Shown: positions 14,564 to 27,299 of the stretch, piece after piece
Layout: the number at the start of each line of letters is the position of its first letter
Numbering within the stretch: position 1 is the stretch's first letter
Assembly (NCBI RefSeq): GCF_009914755.1
Contig: NC_060931.1
Reading direction: 5' to 3' (one strand)
Source of the DNA: the human T2T-CHM13v2.0 reference genome, Homo sapiens
Length of the DNA: 64,000 nucleotides
The notes under the pieces: generated by a model
Database searches by the model: none
What the model was told of the DNA's origin: nothing
Seen by the model: only the letters and a program-made list of their open reading frames with translations
Made by a program: the position numbers and the translations under genes

Positions 14564-15104
14564 AAATCTGGTATTTTCTTTGCATTTTAGCATTGCTCCC
14601 ATGTGATATACTGGTAATCAATCATCTAACATTGAGGGCCATCAGATATCACCTATCTCTAAACTGAATGGGATAAATCATAATTTTGAAATTGGATTCT
14701 TCACTGTCTCTAATAAAGCTGCCTTAATTCAATGAATAAATTCTCATTTGGAGGCAAATTCTGAGGGAATGGAGACTAGAACAGGTCAGAGACATGTAGC
14801 TCATTTTAAGTTGCTATAAATGTCCATCTGGATGTAACATTCACTGCAGAAATAATCTTTAGATGTGTATATTTTACATTTGTTAGGGAACACAGAGTAT
14901 AGTCTACAGCATTGTGTACATTTCATTACCTGTCATCTTTTAGCTTAAAATAATAAATGTTTCGCAAGTGCCACCCCCTTCAAAAACATCTCATGTTCTT
15001 TCCTACTGTGGATGACTGAGATGGTGTGAATATTTATTGATTTGTTTAAATGTGTCAACCATTATATGGTACCTGTAACCCAAGACTAAAAGTTTTTTTT
15101 TTAA

Positions 15105-15436
<332 letters not shown>

Positions 15437-16213
15437 AAAAATTGGTTTATAATTAAGGAAAATGCAGCACAATGTTTAACTGCATTAAGTTATTGGATAA
15501 AAAGACAAATACACTTGTAGGAGAGCTTCTGTGGTTTACTGTTCGAAGGCACAAATGCCTGTTGCTTTGGCTTCCATATCAGTCAGTATAAAAATCACTT
15601 GATGTGCTTTGTGCAAAATTTCCAGGACCTTATGTTTTATATGGGTGTCATGAAGTGAATGGCTGAAAGCTCTTCATAGAAGGAAGGTGGTTTACATCTG
15701 TGTGCCTAGGTGAGACTGTTTTAGTAGGTTTCATAGCAGAGTAACAAACAGGAGAAAACAGCTTCTAATATTTGTCATGATGTAGTCTTATCAGTTTAAC
15801 TTCTTAGCATTTTGAGTTTATCCAGTTTTCTCAAGTAATAAAAAATACTGTCTAAAGGTTTATTTGGTTTTCTCTTGAGAGAGAAATAGTAAGATATGCA
15901 TAGTTAATTCTACACTTCCACTATGATTGAATGAGAAAAGACCTTTATCAAAACTATTTGATAGGTTACGGGCACAAATAGATTAGCTTTTAGTACAAGT
16001 TGAATACTTCATGCTGCTGATACGGAACAATGGATTATTTGATTCGGGATTTTACTGGAAATGAGCATTATGGCCTTGACCTTTTCCCATCTCTGTGATA
16101 GACAAGATTTTCATCTTTTTTAACTTCACATTTTTCTCCTGAAGTAGCAGCACTTGACATGAGATTTATGAAAAATGTGTGCTTTCAGCATTGTGTAAAT
16201 ATTTATTTTACAG

Positions 16214-16355
16214 AGCCATAAGTGTGATCCTTGGTGACAGGTGGAAGAAAATGAAGAATGAAGAGAGAAGAATGTACACATTAGAAGCAAAGGCTTTGGC
16301 TGAAGAACAGAAACGTTTAAATCCTGACTGTTGGAAGAGGAAAAGAACCAATTCA
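16214..16355 (+). CDS. HBP1: HBP1 coding exon (probably 10), second half of the HMG box
   Basis: tacag|A GCC...TCA|gtatgt; AISVILGDRWKKMKNEERRMYTLEAKALAEEQKRLNPDCWKRKRTNS. Confidence 0.97.
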
Positions 16356-17467
16356 GTATGTTTCAATAAATAGTGTTTAAAATTATCTTGCCTTATCCGT
16401 GCAGGTGTACTGGCATGTTGGAGCAGTTGTTACAACCTTTAAGAGGTTGTGTTGATGCTGTCTCTAGCATTTTTATACTTCAAAACCTAATAATGTTATC
16501 ACATCATCATATAAAGACTGCCTTTCCTCAAGGGTCATTTACTCTCATAGCATGGCAAGTCGAAATCTCAGGCAAACTTCAAAAGAATGTTTGTTCTAAA
16601 CATTGAGTTGGAAAAATAATTTTGGAATGCAGTGTTTCTAGTTGGGTTGAAAGATAAGCATTATTAATCCATTAATATCACAGTAGAAAATTTCTCTAAT
16701 AATTTTGGGATTGTCTCAACAGCTTTTTTTCCTTAATTGGTGAGGGACCAATAAGGCTGGAGGTGTTGGGGTATGTTAGCTGTCATTCATGGGGACTTGT
16801 GCCATTGGCACAGAATTTCTAGATTGAAAAATTTCAAGGAGGAGAAGAAATAGGCCCAGGAATGGTGGCAAACAAGTCTATATGATAAGCTATCTTGGAT
16901 AGACTTGTTTCTTATAACTTTTCCATTACTAAACTAGCATCTTTTAGGTTCAGCGTTTTTAGATTAATTGCAAAAAAATTACATGTGATATAGTGGGGTC
17001 AATTTGAAGTATCATTGAAAGATGAAGGGAAGATATCAATATTTTTATAGTAGGAGGGCTGGCCAAAGATGTTTTAAATTCATTGTGTACATGTGCCTGT
17101 TTCTTAGTAAAATGCAGGTCATATCTGTTTAAATTTTTCACAATTTCTTTAAAAATAGTGGTCAGTCAGTAGTCAGATGAGAGGGTGGCTGAACTGAATT
17201 TTGGCAGTTCTTGGTTAATTTAGAATTTCATGTGTTCGGACTTTTCCTGTATCCCTTTTCTGTTCATCCTAGTCAATGTCTTATCATTGCATACATTTTC
17301 TGGATGCTTGAGCCATCAGATATCAGCTAGCTTTTTAAAATCACCTTTAAGAAAGCAGTATTTTCTAATAGTAAATTTATAAACATCTTATACATCTTAG
17401 CTTTCATATATAGGATTACTATGTATTGATTTGTAAACATTCACTGAGTTTAATTTTATTTCCACAG

Positions 17468-17485
17468 GGCTCACAACAACATTAA
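17468..17485 (+). CDS. HBP1: HBP1 last exon, coding part (GSQQH-stop)
   Basis: ccacag|GGC TCA CAA CAA CAT TAA; matches the HBP1 C-terminus as I recall it. Confidence 0.93.
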   Translation, partial: GSQQH

Positions 17486-17661
17486 ACCAGGATGCTTATG
17501 TTCTTAAGTCTATATTTGCATATACATTGACTCTTGATGGAAAGACTTAAGAAGATCAAGGTCTCACCATTTGTCCTCAATTCGTGTGACCATAAGATAC
17601 TGATAGCATTGAGTCTTGAAATGATTTAATAATATGAGTGAGGATTTGCTTTCTCCATTAG

Positions 17662-18528
17662 AGCATTAAGCTAAAACTATCAACATTTTAAACCAAATTG
17701 CCTTATTTTTCTTCCAAACTTCATATATGTCTATCAGGTAATAATAGGCTTGAAAATTGATATCCTGTGGTGCTAAAGTACAGTAGAAAGAGAGGAGAAG
17801 TGTATACATGTTTTATTTTAAATTGTACGAAAGGGGAATTTAAAAAATATGTAACTGCTGTTTATACATTGGCTCCTTACTGCTTATTAATCTGTATTGT
17901 ACACATGATGAAATGAAGCAGAAGCTGGGAGTCGGCCTTTCCTCTAGTAACCACCACATGGCTCAGCATCTGTGCCAAACATAGGCGCTCCTAGTCTGGT
18001 CAGTGCCAAGAGGCTACCAGAACATGGGGCAGGTGGCTGGTGTTGGTGTCCCAGCCTAAGAGCCACCTGCTGCAGTTACCATGGCATGCTGAGTTGATGC
18101 ACCAGGTGGCAGCAGCCATCCGTTATTATTTCCAATGGAGACCTAGCCCAGGCCAAGGTAAAGTTAGTTAATAGCATTGGGATATAGTCACTGTAATGGT
18201 GCTATTAACAAACAGTCAACACCATTGTATTTTTTAACTTCGTGTTCTGTATCTCCTCAGCCATGTATCTTAAATATATTTTGTCATCATAATCTTTATG
18301 GTGGGGGCAGACTTTGCACTTACTGCAGTGCAACACTTGCACTTTAATTTTCCTCCAACTGTCTAAAATTAGAGCAAATACATTGGCAATACAGCTGCTT
18401 TTGCTCTGAGCTACAATCATGGCTTTTCATGTTACTTACCAAGTGGTGTTTCTGGTTAGGAATCACAGCTGTAAAATTGATTTCAGTTCATCACACTTCT
18501 TCATGATGTTGCCCCTAAATTTTGCACA
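17662..18528 (+). promoter_or_regulatory. miRNA seed-match cluster in the HBP1 3'UTR: miR-155 (17662), miR-29 (17768, 18197), miR-96 (17972, 18003), miR-19 (18313, 18521), miR-130/301 (18314, 18337), miR-17/20/93/106 (18339)
   Basis: AGCATTAA, TGGTGCTA x2, GTGCCAA(A) x2, TTTGCAC(A) x2, TTGCACT x2 and GCACTTTA are seen directly; these are the canonical seed complements. Confidence 0.7.
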
Positions 18529-18551
18529 CTATATTCTTGTATATTATTTCA

Positions 18552-18557
18552 AATAAA
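18552..18557 (+). terminator. HBP1: HBP1 poly(A) signal AATAAA
   Basis: AATAAA preceded by TGTA and a U-rich stretch, followed by U/GU-rich sequence. Confidence 0.75.
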
Positions 18558-18589
18558 TGGAAAAAAAAGTTGCTTATCTCTGACGTCTA

Positions 18590-18612
18590 CTGATTGATTG
18601 ATTGATTGATTA
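18590..18612. repeat. (TGAT)n microsatellite
   Basis: tgattgattgattgattgatt. Confidence 0.9.
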
Positions 18613-18980
18613 ATCTTGGCTGAATTTTATTTATGAGTTCTCAGAATAACAGGTTCAGGAGATGAGATGGAAAACATAAGGCAAATTCCTAACACTGCTA
18701 ATTAGGAGGCTGCTGATAGGATTTTAAAAATTAAAAACAATGTTAATAGTGGAACAAGAGCCATCAGAAAATAAGGACTTAGATTATCTACTATTTATAG
18801 AGAATTGCTATACAATAAAAATTTTTATTTTTCACGTGGCATTTTTGTTACACGGTTAAACAGCCCAAAGGTCTGCTTTTAATAACATGACAAAGTGTAA
18901 CAAAAGCCTTGCTTTATTTAAAGATCCAGTATGACATACTTAAAAAGGCCATTTAACCTTGTATCTTAGCTTGGGATGTG

Positions 18981-19168
18981 CCAGTGGTTCCTCAACTTTG
19001 TTGTCTATTGGAATCATTTTGGGGATTTTTTTTTTTTTTAATAGTGGTGTCTGTCAGGCTCCCACTCCTAGACATGTTAATTAATGTGGAGTGCAAGTTG
19101 GGCATCAGGATTTTAAAAAAATCCCCTGGTGATTGGTATGAATGTGCAGCCAAATTTGGAAACCACTG
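18981..19168. mobile_element. MER5A-like hAT element in the COG5 3'UTR
   Basis: TIRs cagtggttc...aaccactg with a typical MER5A interior. Confidence 0.75.
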
Positions 19169-19569
19169 AGCTACATGCTTATTTAGTGAAGAAGGCAGGG
19201 TTGGGGGAAGCAGGGTACATGTTATAACTTGATCATATCCCTTTAAAAGAAGTGGGGACTTTGGGTTTATGTACCCATAGGAGGACTTGGTTATGGATGG
19301 GAAAGACATTTTAGCCTTGTACAAAAATCTGAAAGAGGAAAACATCTTTCTGGAAAAATCAGGTCCATGGAATTGAAAGGTGGTGATAACTCAACATTTT
19401 TTATGCTAAAGTATAAGTGCTAAAGAGGTAAATAAACGTCGATAGGAAATACCGAACAATCAATTACATTCTTAAAATAGTAGATAGTAGCAGTCTTTTG
19501 GAGTATGTGTTTAACTGCCAACTATGAATGGGTTAGCACAAAGTGGAGATGAACAAAGATTTCATGTCA

Positions 19570-19716
<147 letters not shown>

Positions 19717-20288
19717 TTAGATAAATCACATAAAACAGTTAAGGGGATACCAATATATAAAAATTATTAGTAAGCTCATTTCTGGAACTGTTAATGCTCG
19801 GTTTCACAAGCCAAGTGACCAACAGCCTTCACTCAGTTACTGGTAGTGTTACTATGGTTACTACGGTTACTACGTTTAGTGTGAAAAACTATAACCATGT
19901 TTTCAGTCTGCATTGTTCTTAGTGGTCTAGTCATATACTCGGAGTCCTCTGGCTGTGTAAATATGTTCTCAATTTCCCTTTTCCCTGCTTCCCTACTGAA
20001 GACACCGGCAACGGAATGGGCATTTGTGCCTACTCCCAGAGCTCACGAGGGGCATCCTGCGCCTCTGAAAGGCACGCTCAAGAGTACAAGGGGATGGGGC
20101 CCTTTGGCACATTCGGTAACACCAGTAGATGCATTATATTCCTGTTATTTGATGAACTATGAACAACCAACAACTAGAATAAGTGCTCTTGGGCTGTAAT
20201 GGCAAAATACATGATCGGGAAGCAGTCTGAATTTAATCAAGGGGATGTACCATTCCATTGTTTATGATTATGATCTCATGGATTAGGT

Positions 20289-20465
20289 TGGGGGTTAGCA
20301 AACTGCCTGCAGGCTGAATCTAGCCTGATGCTTGTTCATTTATATATTGTCTGTGGCTGCTTTCACACAATGGCAGAGTTGAATAGTTGAGGCAGAGACC
20401 ATGTGGCCTGCAAAGTCTGAAATATATCTGGCCCTTCTTTTACAGAAAAAGTTCGTCAGTCCCTG
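20289..20465. mobile_element. MER58-like hAT element
   Basis: ggggttagcaaact...ggcagagttgaatagttg...cagagaccatgtggcctgcaaag...cagaaaaagtt...ccctg. Confidence 0.75.
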
Positions 20466-21919
20466 AACCAGATCGTCTGTTTAAGTGGAGCTAAAAAGAA
20501 TGGCTACGAGATTAATTTTTAATTATTGGTCTATTTAAGTACCAGGTACACAAATACATTTTTGTCATATTTTCTTCAAAATTTCAGTTTGAGATTGGAG
20601 CATTTGTATAAAGATGTAAGTTAATACCATTACTCAGCTCACATACGATAGCACTTAAGTGGTTTTCTTTTGCTCTCAAATACTGAAAATACTAATCTAA
20701 TTGGGTTTGTTCAAGATTTTTCATTGAATTGTGGGGAAAACATTTCCCCAGAGTCTGGCTATCACTGATCAGTTTGTAGTGCCCTTCATCCCACAAGCCA
20801 CTGTCATACGTAAAGGGATTTCAAATCTCTTAAGTTCCAGCCCTCGACCTCCCCCTCCTGATCTCTGCTTCTTCCTGTCCTCTGGACAGTTTTATCTGAC
20901 TTGCTTCCAGGTAGCCTCAAACTCATTTGTCAAAAAATTGGGGCAGCGTTCTGCCCGCCTTCCCTTATTTCAACAAAGGGCACCATCAACTTAAGGTCTC
21001 TTAGTTCTTTTCCCCTCCTACACCGAAACAATTACCAAATCCTATTAATTTGCTACACACATTTCCACATCCAGTCCCTCCTCTCCCCTTCGCTTCACTT
21101 TGAACCCTTGCTATCTTGTGCCCTAATGATTGCTGTAGCCTCTTAAGGTGGTGAGCATCCTACTGCTGTTTCTCCCCTGTTCTGGTCAGTCTTCCATATT
21201 ATAGCAAGAGATTTCCCCTGAAGTATTACAGCACTTGCCGTGCCCTGTTCTTTATAGGAAATCTGGAAAGGTCTGACTTCTGTATCAACAGCCTTGACTT
21301 AGCAGGATCCAGCATTGTGGAATTCCTGAAGGCTGGTTCCATGCTCTGGTCAGTGCCTAGACTCAACCCAACTGAATACCAGCTTCATCATCAAGCTGCT
21401 CCCAGCCCTTTCTGTGCTACTGCTGGGTTTTAGATAGCTTGATGTGGCCTAAAAAGACCCTCAAATCATTAGTTTCCATTTTTGTGTTACCAAGTAATGT
21501 GCAAAGCATATTTGCCCCATTTGTATGGCCCAACCTGGCTGCCCACCTAGGGAAAGATCAAGGGTGTTTGTTCATACATTGCTATGAAATAAAGCTGTCT
21601 CTGCCTAACAAAGTAGGGGGTGCCAAAGGGCCTGTTTATCTTTGGCCATACTGAATGTTTCAGTTAAAGAGCCACATTCTCTTAGCCCTTTGCACATTAT
21701 CTTCCTTATCCTTAGAATACCCTTCCTTGCTTACTTTCTTGCGCAGCTCTTTATCTCTTAGGACTCGGCTTCAATGCTCCCTTTTAAGGAAAGCCTTTCT
21801 TAACTCCAGGCAGCAGGAAAGAATGGAAACCATCTTGGAGTCACACAGGTTTGTGAAACGATCTCACCTCTGTATCAACAGCCTTGACTTAGTAGGATCC
21901 GGCACTTTGGAATCCCTGA

Positions 21920-22302
<383 letters not shown>

Positions 22303-24477
22303 GAAGAAGTGTAGCTGTTTTAAATAACATGTAAGTTCATACCATTACTCAGCTCACATACCCAGTTTCAAGTCCCAGCTAACATACCACTCTCAACTGG
22401 CATGCAAGATGGAATTTAGTGCTCTTAGAGAACAATGTTTTGTGAGATGCCTTAGTTAAACCAGAGCTGACCCTGAATGGAGATATTTTTCTATGAAAAA
22501 AACTTGCTTCTTTTGGTAATATGCTTCTAGTTGGTATGCCATCCTGGGAAATTGTCTCCACTCCCCAAATGTAGTCCCTACAGAATCATATACAGTAAAG
22601 AAATCCCCAAGGGCTCATCTGTCTTTAAGACACCAAGGTGTATGTATCAGCGTATAAGAAGTGTTTAAATTCACAGGAACTACAATCATTTCATAGTGAA
22701 TGGATTAGATATATTTGATGGACAAAAATCAACTTAGTTTCGTTGGCATTTAAAAGGATAAGACATCACGTAAGTTACACAACATGTAGAAGAGATCAGA
22801 AATGAGTTTGGTTAGATTTTTGGGTAGTCATCAAAAACACCATCAGAAGTATGGGGCAAAAAAGATTAAGCTGCCCTCCCACATGAAATTAGAGCAAGAT
22901 TTTCGAGTACTTATTAAATTACTTCATTTGCTTAAGCAAAACATTAGCTTTCTTGGAAGTCAGGCCAAGTGTTATGTAACAGTTAGTCTTAACTCTGGTT
23001 TGTAACCAAAATAAGTAGATTATTGAGGTTATCCTTATTGAGAAAAAAAACACGATTAGTAGAGGAATGGTTTGTGGTAACATGGCAACACTGCTCAACA
23101 TGACAAAAACTAGCCAAGTGGAAGTTTTCATGGAAAACAACATTGATTTTTGTCAGGCATTTAAATATTCAATGTGATTAGTAAGTACTGAAATGCATAA
23201 ATGACTTAAAGATACACTACATGCCTCAATAAGCAGTTAAGCCCAGGCTTTTCCCTGGTTCCATCCTCCCTCTTCGTCCTATTTCAGACACTCCATTCAC
23301 AGAACTGATAGGTAGCTAGTGACATGGTACCAGGAGGAGAAACATTTCCCTCCATCGATGGAGATCTTGGGAGTTCTGCAGAAGTACAGAGGAGCTGAGG
23401 GAATGGCTTCCAGATTGTGGACCCTGGACCATGGCAAGAGGGCAAGGGATCCAAGGATGCACATGGCACCAAGCATTCTCTGATGGTGTAGATAAAAGTA
23501 CCACTAGGCTAATAAGGTCTGTGAACATTTGTGTACTCCTACTCAAAGAGGGCCATAAGAAGAAGAGTTGCTCTCCACGGCAAATATCCAGAGTAAATGG
23601 ATTTGAGGCCAACCCCACCGCTGTTACAGAGCTTGAGAAATCTTTCCATCAAAGACTCTATCTTTATTGAAAACACATTCAACACTTACCCACAGGCACG
23701 AGCCAGGCGGCTGCCTCTGCATCTGAGGGAGCACACGTGTCTGGAGCACCTGCCTGATGCAGGCTGAACACATACAACTGCCCCCATTTACACCACTTGG
23801 TCCCATGAGTAAGTTATTACTCTGATTTTCAAATGAACTTGACTAGTATTCATTTAAGCTCCAGAAAGCATCTGGTGTCAGAAGAAAACAGGAAGGCAGG
23901 ATGGTTCACTATTTCCCATTTATTCAGCAGCAGTAGTTACACTATCCTCAATTTGCCCTATTTTATGACAACCTAACATATTATGCTGGGAGGAACAGAA
24001 TGAGTATACAACAAGGTTTGCCCCAGAAGCTAAAACAAATTTACTGACATTTAAAGAGCAATACTCACCCTCGGTTTGTCTACAGGGGAAAGAAATTCAT
24101 CCAGTGATGCTTCAGTATGCAAGAACAAAATTGTTTTGCAATAATACATAAGAAAGAACATTCTCTAGGACAAAAGTCCCCTCCTTGCCAAGAGCCTGGG
24201 GTGCAGCAGGAGTACAGTACTTTTTTTGAAACCCTGAAGGACAGCTCAATTTTTTGCTAAGGGCATGAAGGTTCTGGAATCAGCCATGTGTGGAGGGATG
24301 GATATGCCTTTTTAAAAAAGCATGACAGTATTTCTGAGCATGATTTTCAGTTGCTAAATATAGGCTTAGCAACAGCACTGCTGATGAAATCACTCAGGAG
24401 ACATTTTTAAAGAGAAGCAAAAGAAAACAGATTTGTGATGTACACACAGCAGGACAACTGTTTTGGATGAACTCATT

Positions 24478-24529
24478 CCAACTTGTTAAGACGACAAAAA
24501 TGACCAACTTGTTAAGATGAGAAAAATGA
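24478..24529. repeat. 26-bp tandem duplication
   Basis: ccaacttgttaaga(c/t)ga(c/g)aaaaatga x2. Confidence 0.9.
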
Positions 24530-24967
24530 ACGTGTTCAATTAACTGAATCCTCTTTTTAAGACGACTGAGTGTGTTGCAGCTGAGTGAATCTTTGGGACT
24601 CGGGAAAAATAATCCACACAGACATTGCAAATCCCTGTGTTAGCCCAGGCCCAAACTCCTCACCCAAATCCAAAGCCTTTCCCGAGGGCAGATTTTACCA
24701 GGAACATTCACCGGGGCTGGTAACCTCTCCCATTTCTGTGTCAGATGTTCATAGCTGAGTAACAGATAAGCAAGGAAAAAGAGCAGGGTCCGACCTAATC
24801 TTTATCCACACATACGCCCAGAGGGCCAGTGGCTCATGTGGGATGTGGGTACCAAGCTTGAGGGCTCAGGGTCACTTCTGGAAACAAAGCTGACAGGCTG
24901 ATGGTTCTTACTGACCTGTCATAGCTTCCTCAGCAGTCTTTCATCCTAACTGAAATATGACCCACTA

Positions 24968-25145
24968 TGGCAGGGGTTCACGCCCTTGGCTGCACCCTGG
25001 ACCTTCTTGGGGAGCTATAGAGAAATCCTGATAGCAGGCCTACCCTGGAGATTCTGAGGTAGGCAAGGGTGAGAGACCTGGGCACTAGGAATTTTCCAAG
25101 CTATGTAAATGATTCTTGTGTGCACATGTGGTTTAGAACCACCTC
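24968..25145. mobile_element. MER5-like hAT element
   Basis: caggggttc...ggctgcaccctgg...ggagattctga...gtttagaaccac. Confidence 0.55.
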
Positions 25146-25259
25146 ATCATGTCAGCCCCACTCTGGCTTTAGGGAACTCAACTCATCACCTGACACAGGC
25201 TAACAAAGGATCACTGGGTGCAGTGGGCCCAGACCAACAGAATTGGGATCCCCTGGGAG

Positions 25260-25860
25260 AGTTGAGAATGACTTCAAGAGCTATTTTAGAGACGCAACAG
25301 AGTGGGTTTGAGGAATAAGGATGACAGAGGAGTTGAATGATGATGTAAAGGTTTTCCGGCTTGGCTAGTTAGGTGATTGTGACCTCCCAACCAAGACAGG
25401 GAGTATAAGAGAATGAGAAGGTTTGAGAGAAAAGATTAGAATTATTTTGACCATTCTGGGGTTGAGATTTCTGTGGGTGGTGACATATGATAGCAAGTTT
25501 ACTGGGCCAAGGCCCCATCCAGAGGCAGTCACAGACCTGAGGGCTCTTAAGTATAGAAGGGGCACTAGAGGCATGGGTCTGGACAAGCTCACCTGGGAAC
25601 CAAGGCAGAGGCAGGATGAGAAGAAGAAAATATGGGAAATGATAGCATTTAAGGAATGGCTAGAAGAAGATAATTCAGCAAATGACACACAAAAAAAAAT
25701 GGCCAGAGAAGTTAGAACAGAAACAGATGGCTGTGGTGTAATGCAAGCTCTGAGAGGACAGGGCCATATCTCGGCTTACTTCGTATCCTCGGTTCCTGGC
25801 CCAGGGCCTACCATGCTGATAAAATGTGAGCTCAGCATCAATAAAAATGTGCTGAGTCCC
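25260..25860. mobile_element. L2-like fragment
   Basis: Purine-rich degenerate L2-like sequence (gatgatgtaaaggtttt..., gcatttaaggaatggctagaagaag). Confidence 0.5.
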
Positions 25861-26578
25861 AGTTTATGAGTTTACAGAAGGAAATGGCGGTCAACTGTAG
25901 CTAAAGCTACAGAGTGGTAAGGTAAAAATGGGAATGTTTGGTGGCTGAGAGGTCTCTGGTGATGGTGAGAGCAGTTGCAGGGAAGAGTGTTGCTTAATAA
26001 GCCATGTATGACAGTTAAAGCACCCCACCCTGGGCATGGTTGGGGTACATGGGGGTGTGTGCACGTGTGGGCAAGAGCACATGCGTATGTATGTGAATGC
26101 ATTCATGGGGCACTACTGGAGGGCCATGGTATCCAAGTGGCTGCTGGGTTGTTCTTGTTTCCTCCTCAGAACTGTTTCGCACTTGGGTATTTTTAAAAAT
26201 TCACTCACATCTGTGTTCCACCAATTCAGTAACTGCAGCACATAAAAATGAAGTAAAAGATGCGGAGCTAGGGCAAAACTTTTCATAGCAAATGATGATT
26301 TTCAAAGGTACAAATGCATGGTCCTTAGGGTTGCATGGGACACAGGATTGCACATCAGGGATATGAAGGTTTGGAATGAAAGAAAGCAAAAGATGTTGTG
26401 GCCAACATTTCCAACTGCTGGTTGCTCCAGCACCCGTGCCTAGGCAGTGAGGTGGCCCGCCACTGGAAGGTGCAGTCACATGTCCATGCCCCCAGGCACT
26501 GCTCCTTCATCCTCTCTTGCATCCCCACCCTCCTTGGGCTTCCAGACCAGATGGGTGCCCCCAGAGCACCTGGCTTTA

Positions 26579-26740
<162 letters not shown>

Positions 26741-27092
26741 TCAAGTATTCCCAAGGTGAAACTGCCCCAAAACCTGTCCAAGGGAAGTGTGAAGGGGGCA
26801 TAGGCCTTGGTGCACCTTCCTGACTACCAAGGAGCCTTCTAGATTTGCCAATTGATGGTGGGTCAGCAAAGAAAATGGGGCTGCCATCAAAAATTCTTTA
26901 TGAACACAAATTACTTGTATCATTATTAAAGGTAAATTCTGGATGCATCAGGTAATTTTTTGCACTGCTGAGAAAGAAGACACTGAGCAGTGGGAGTTTT
27001 CCTTTTCTAATATCTATTCACTGTCAAAGATAGACATAAGCAACTAAACAAAGCAGCAGAGGGCCAGGAATCATTCAGTGAGTAGGGGCTCA

Positions 27093-27299
<207 letters not shown>

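Larger units (their letters stand above)
17486..18575 (+). other. HBP1: HBP1 3'UTR (end approximate)
   Basis: Repeat-free, AU-rich sequence after the stop, rich in miRNA seed matches, ending after AATAAA at 18552. Confidence 0.85.
17430..19569 (-). other. COG5: COG5 3'UTR with several candidate poly(A) signals; distal end uncertain
   Basis: Minus-strand AATAAA (plus-strand TTTATT) at 18913, 18824, 18626, 17812 and 17455. Confidence 0.6.

Noticed and set aside
18561-18568. A8 run as a retrocopy poly(A) tail
   Set aside because: HBP1 here has introns. The run is genomic and only a caveat for internal priming in 3'-end data.
25423-25869. 148-aa ORF
   Set aside because: Non-ATG start, lies in L2-like degenerate sequence, no recognisable domain.
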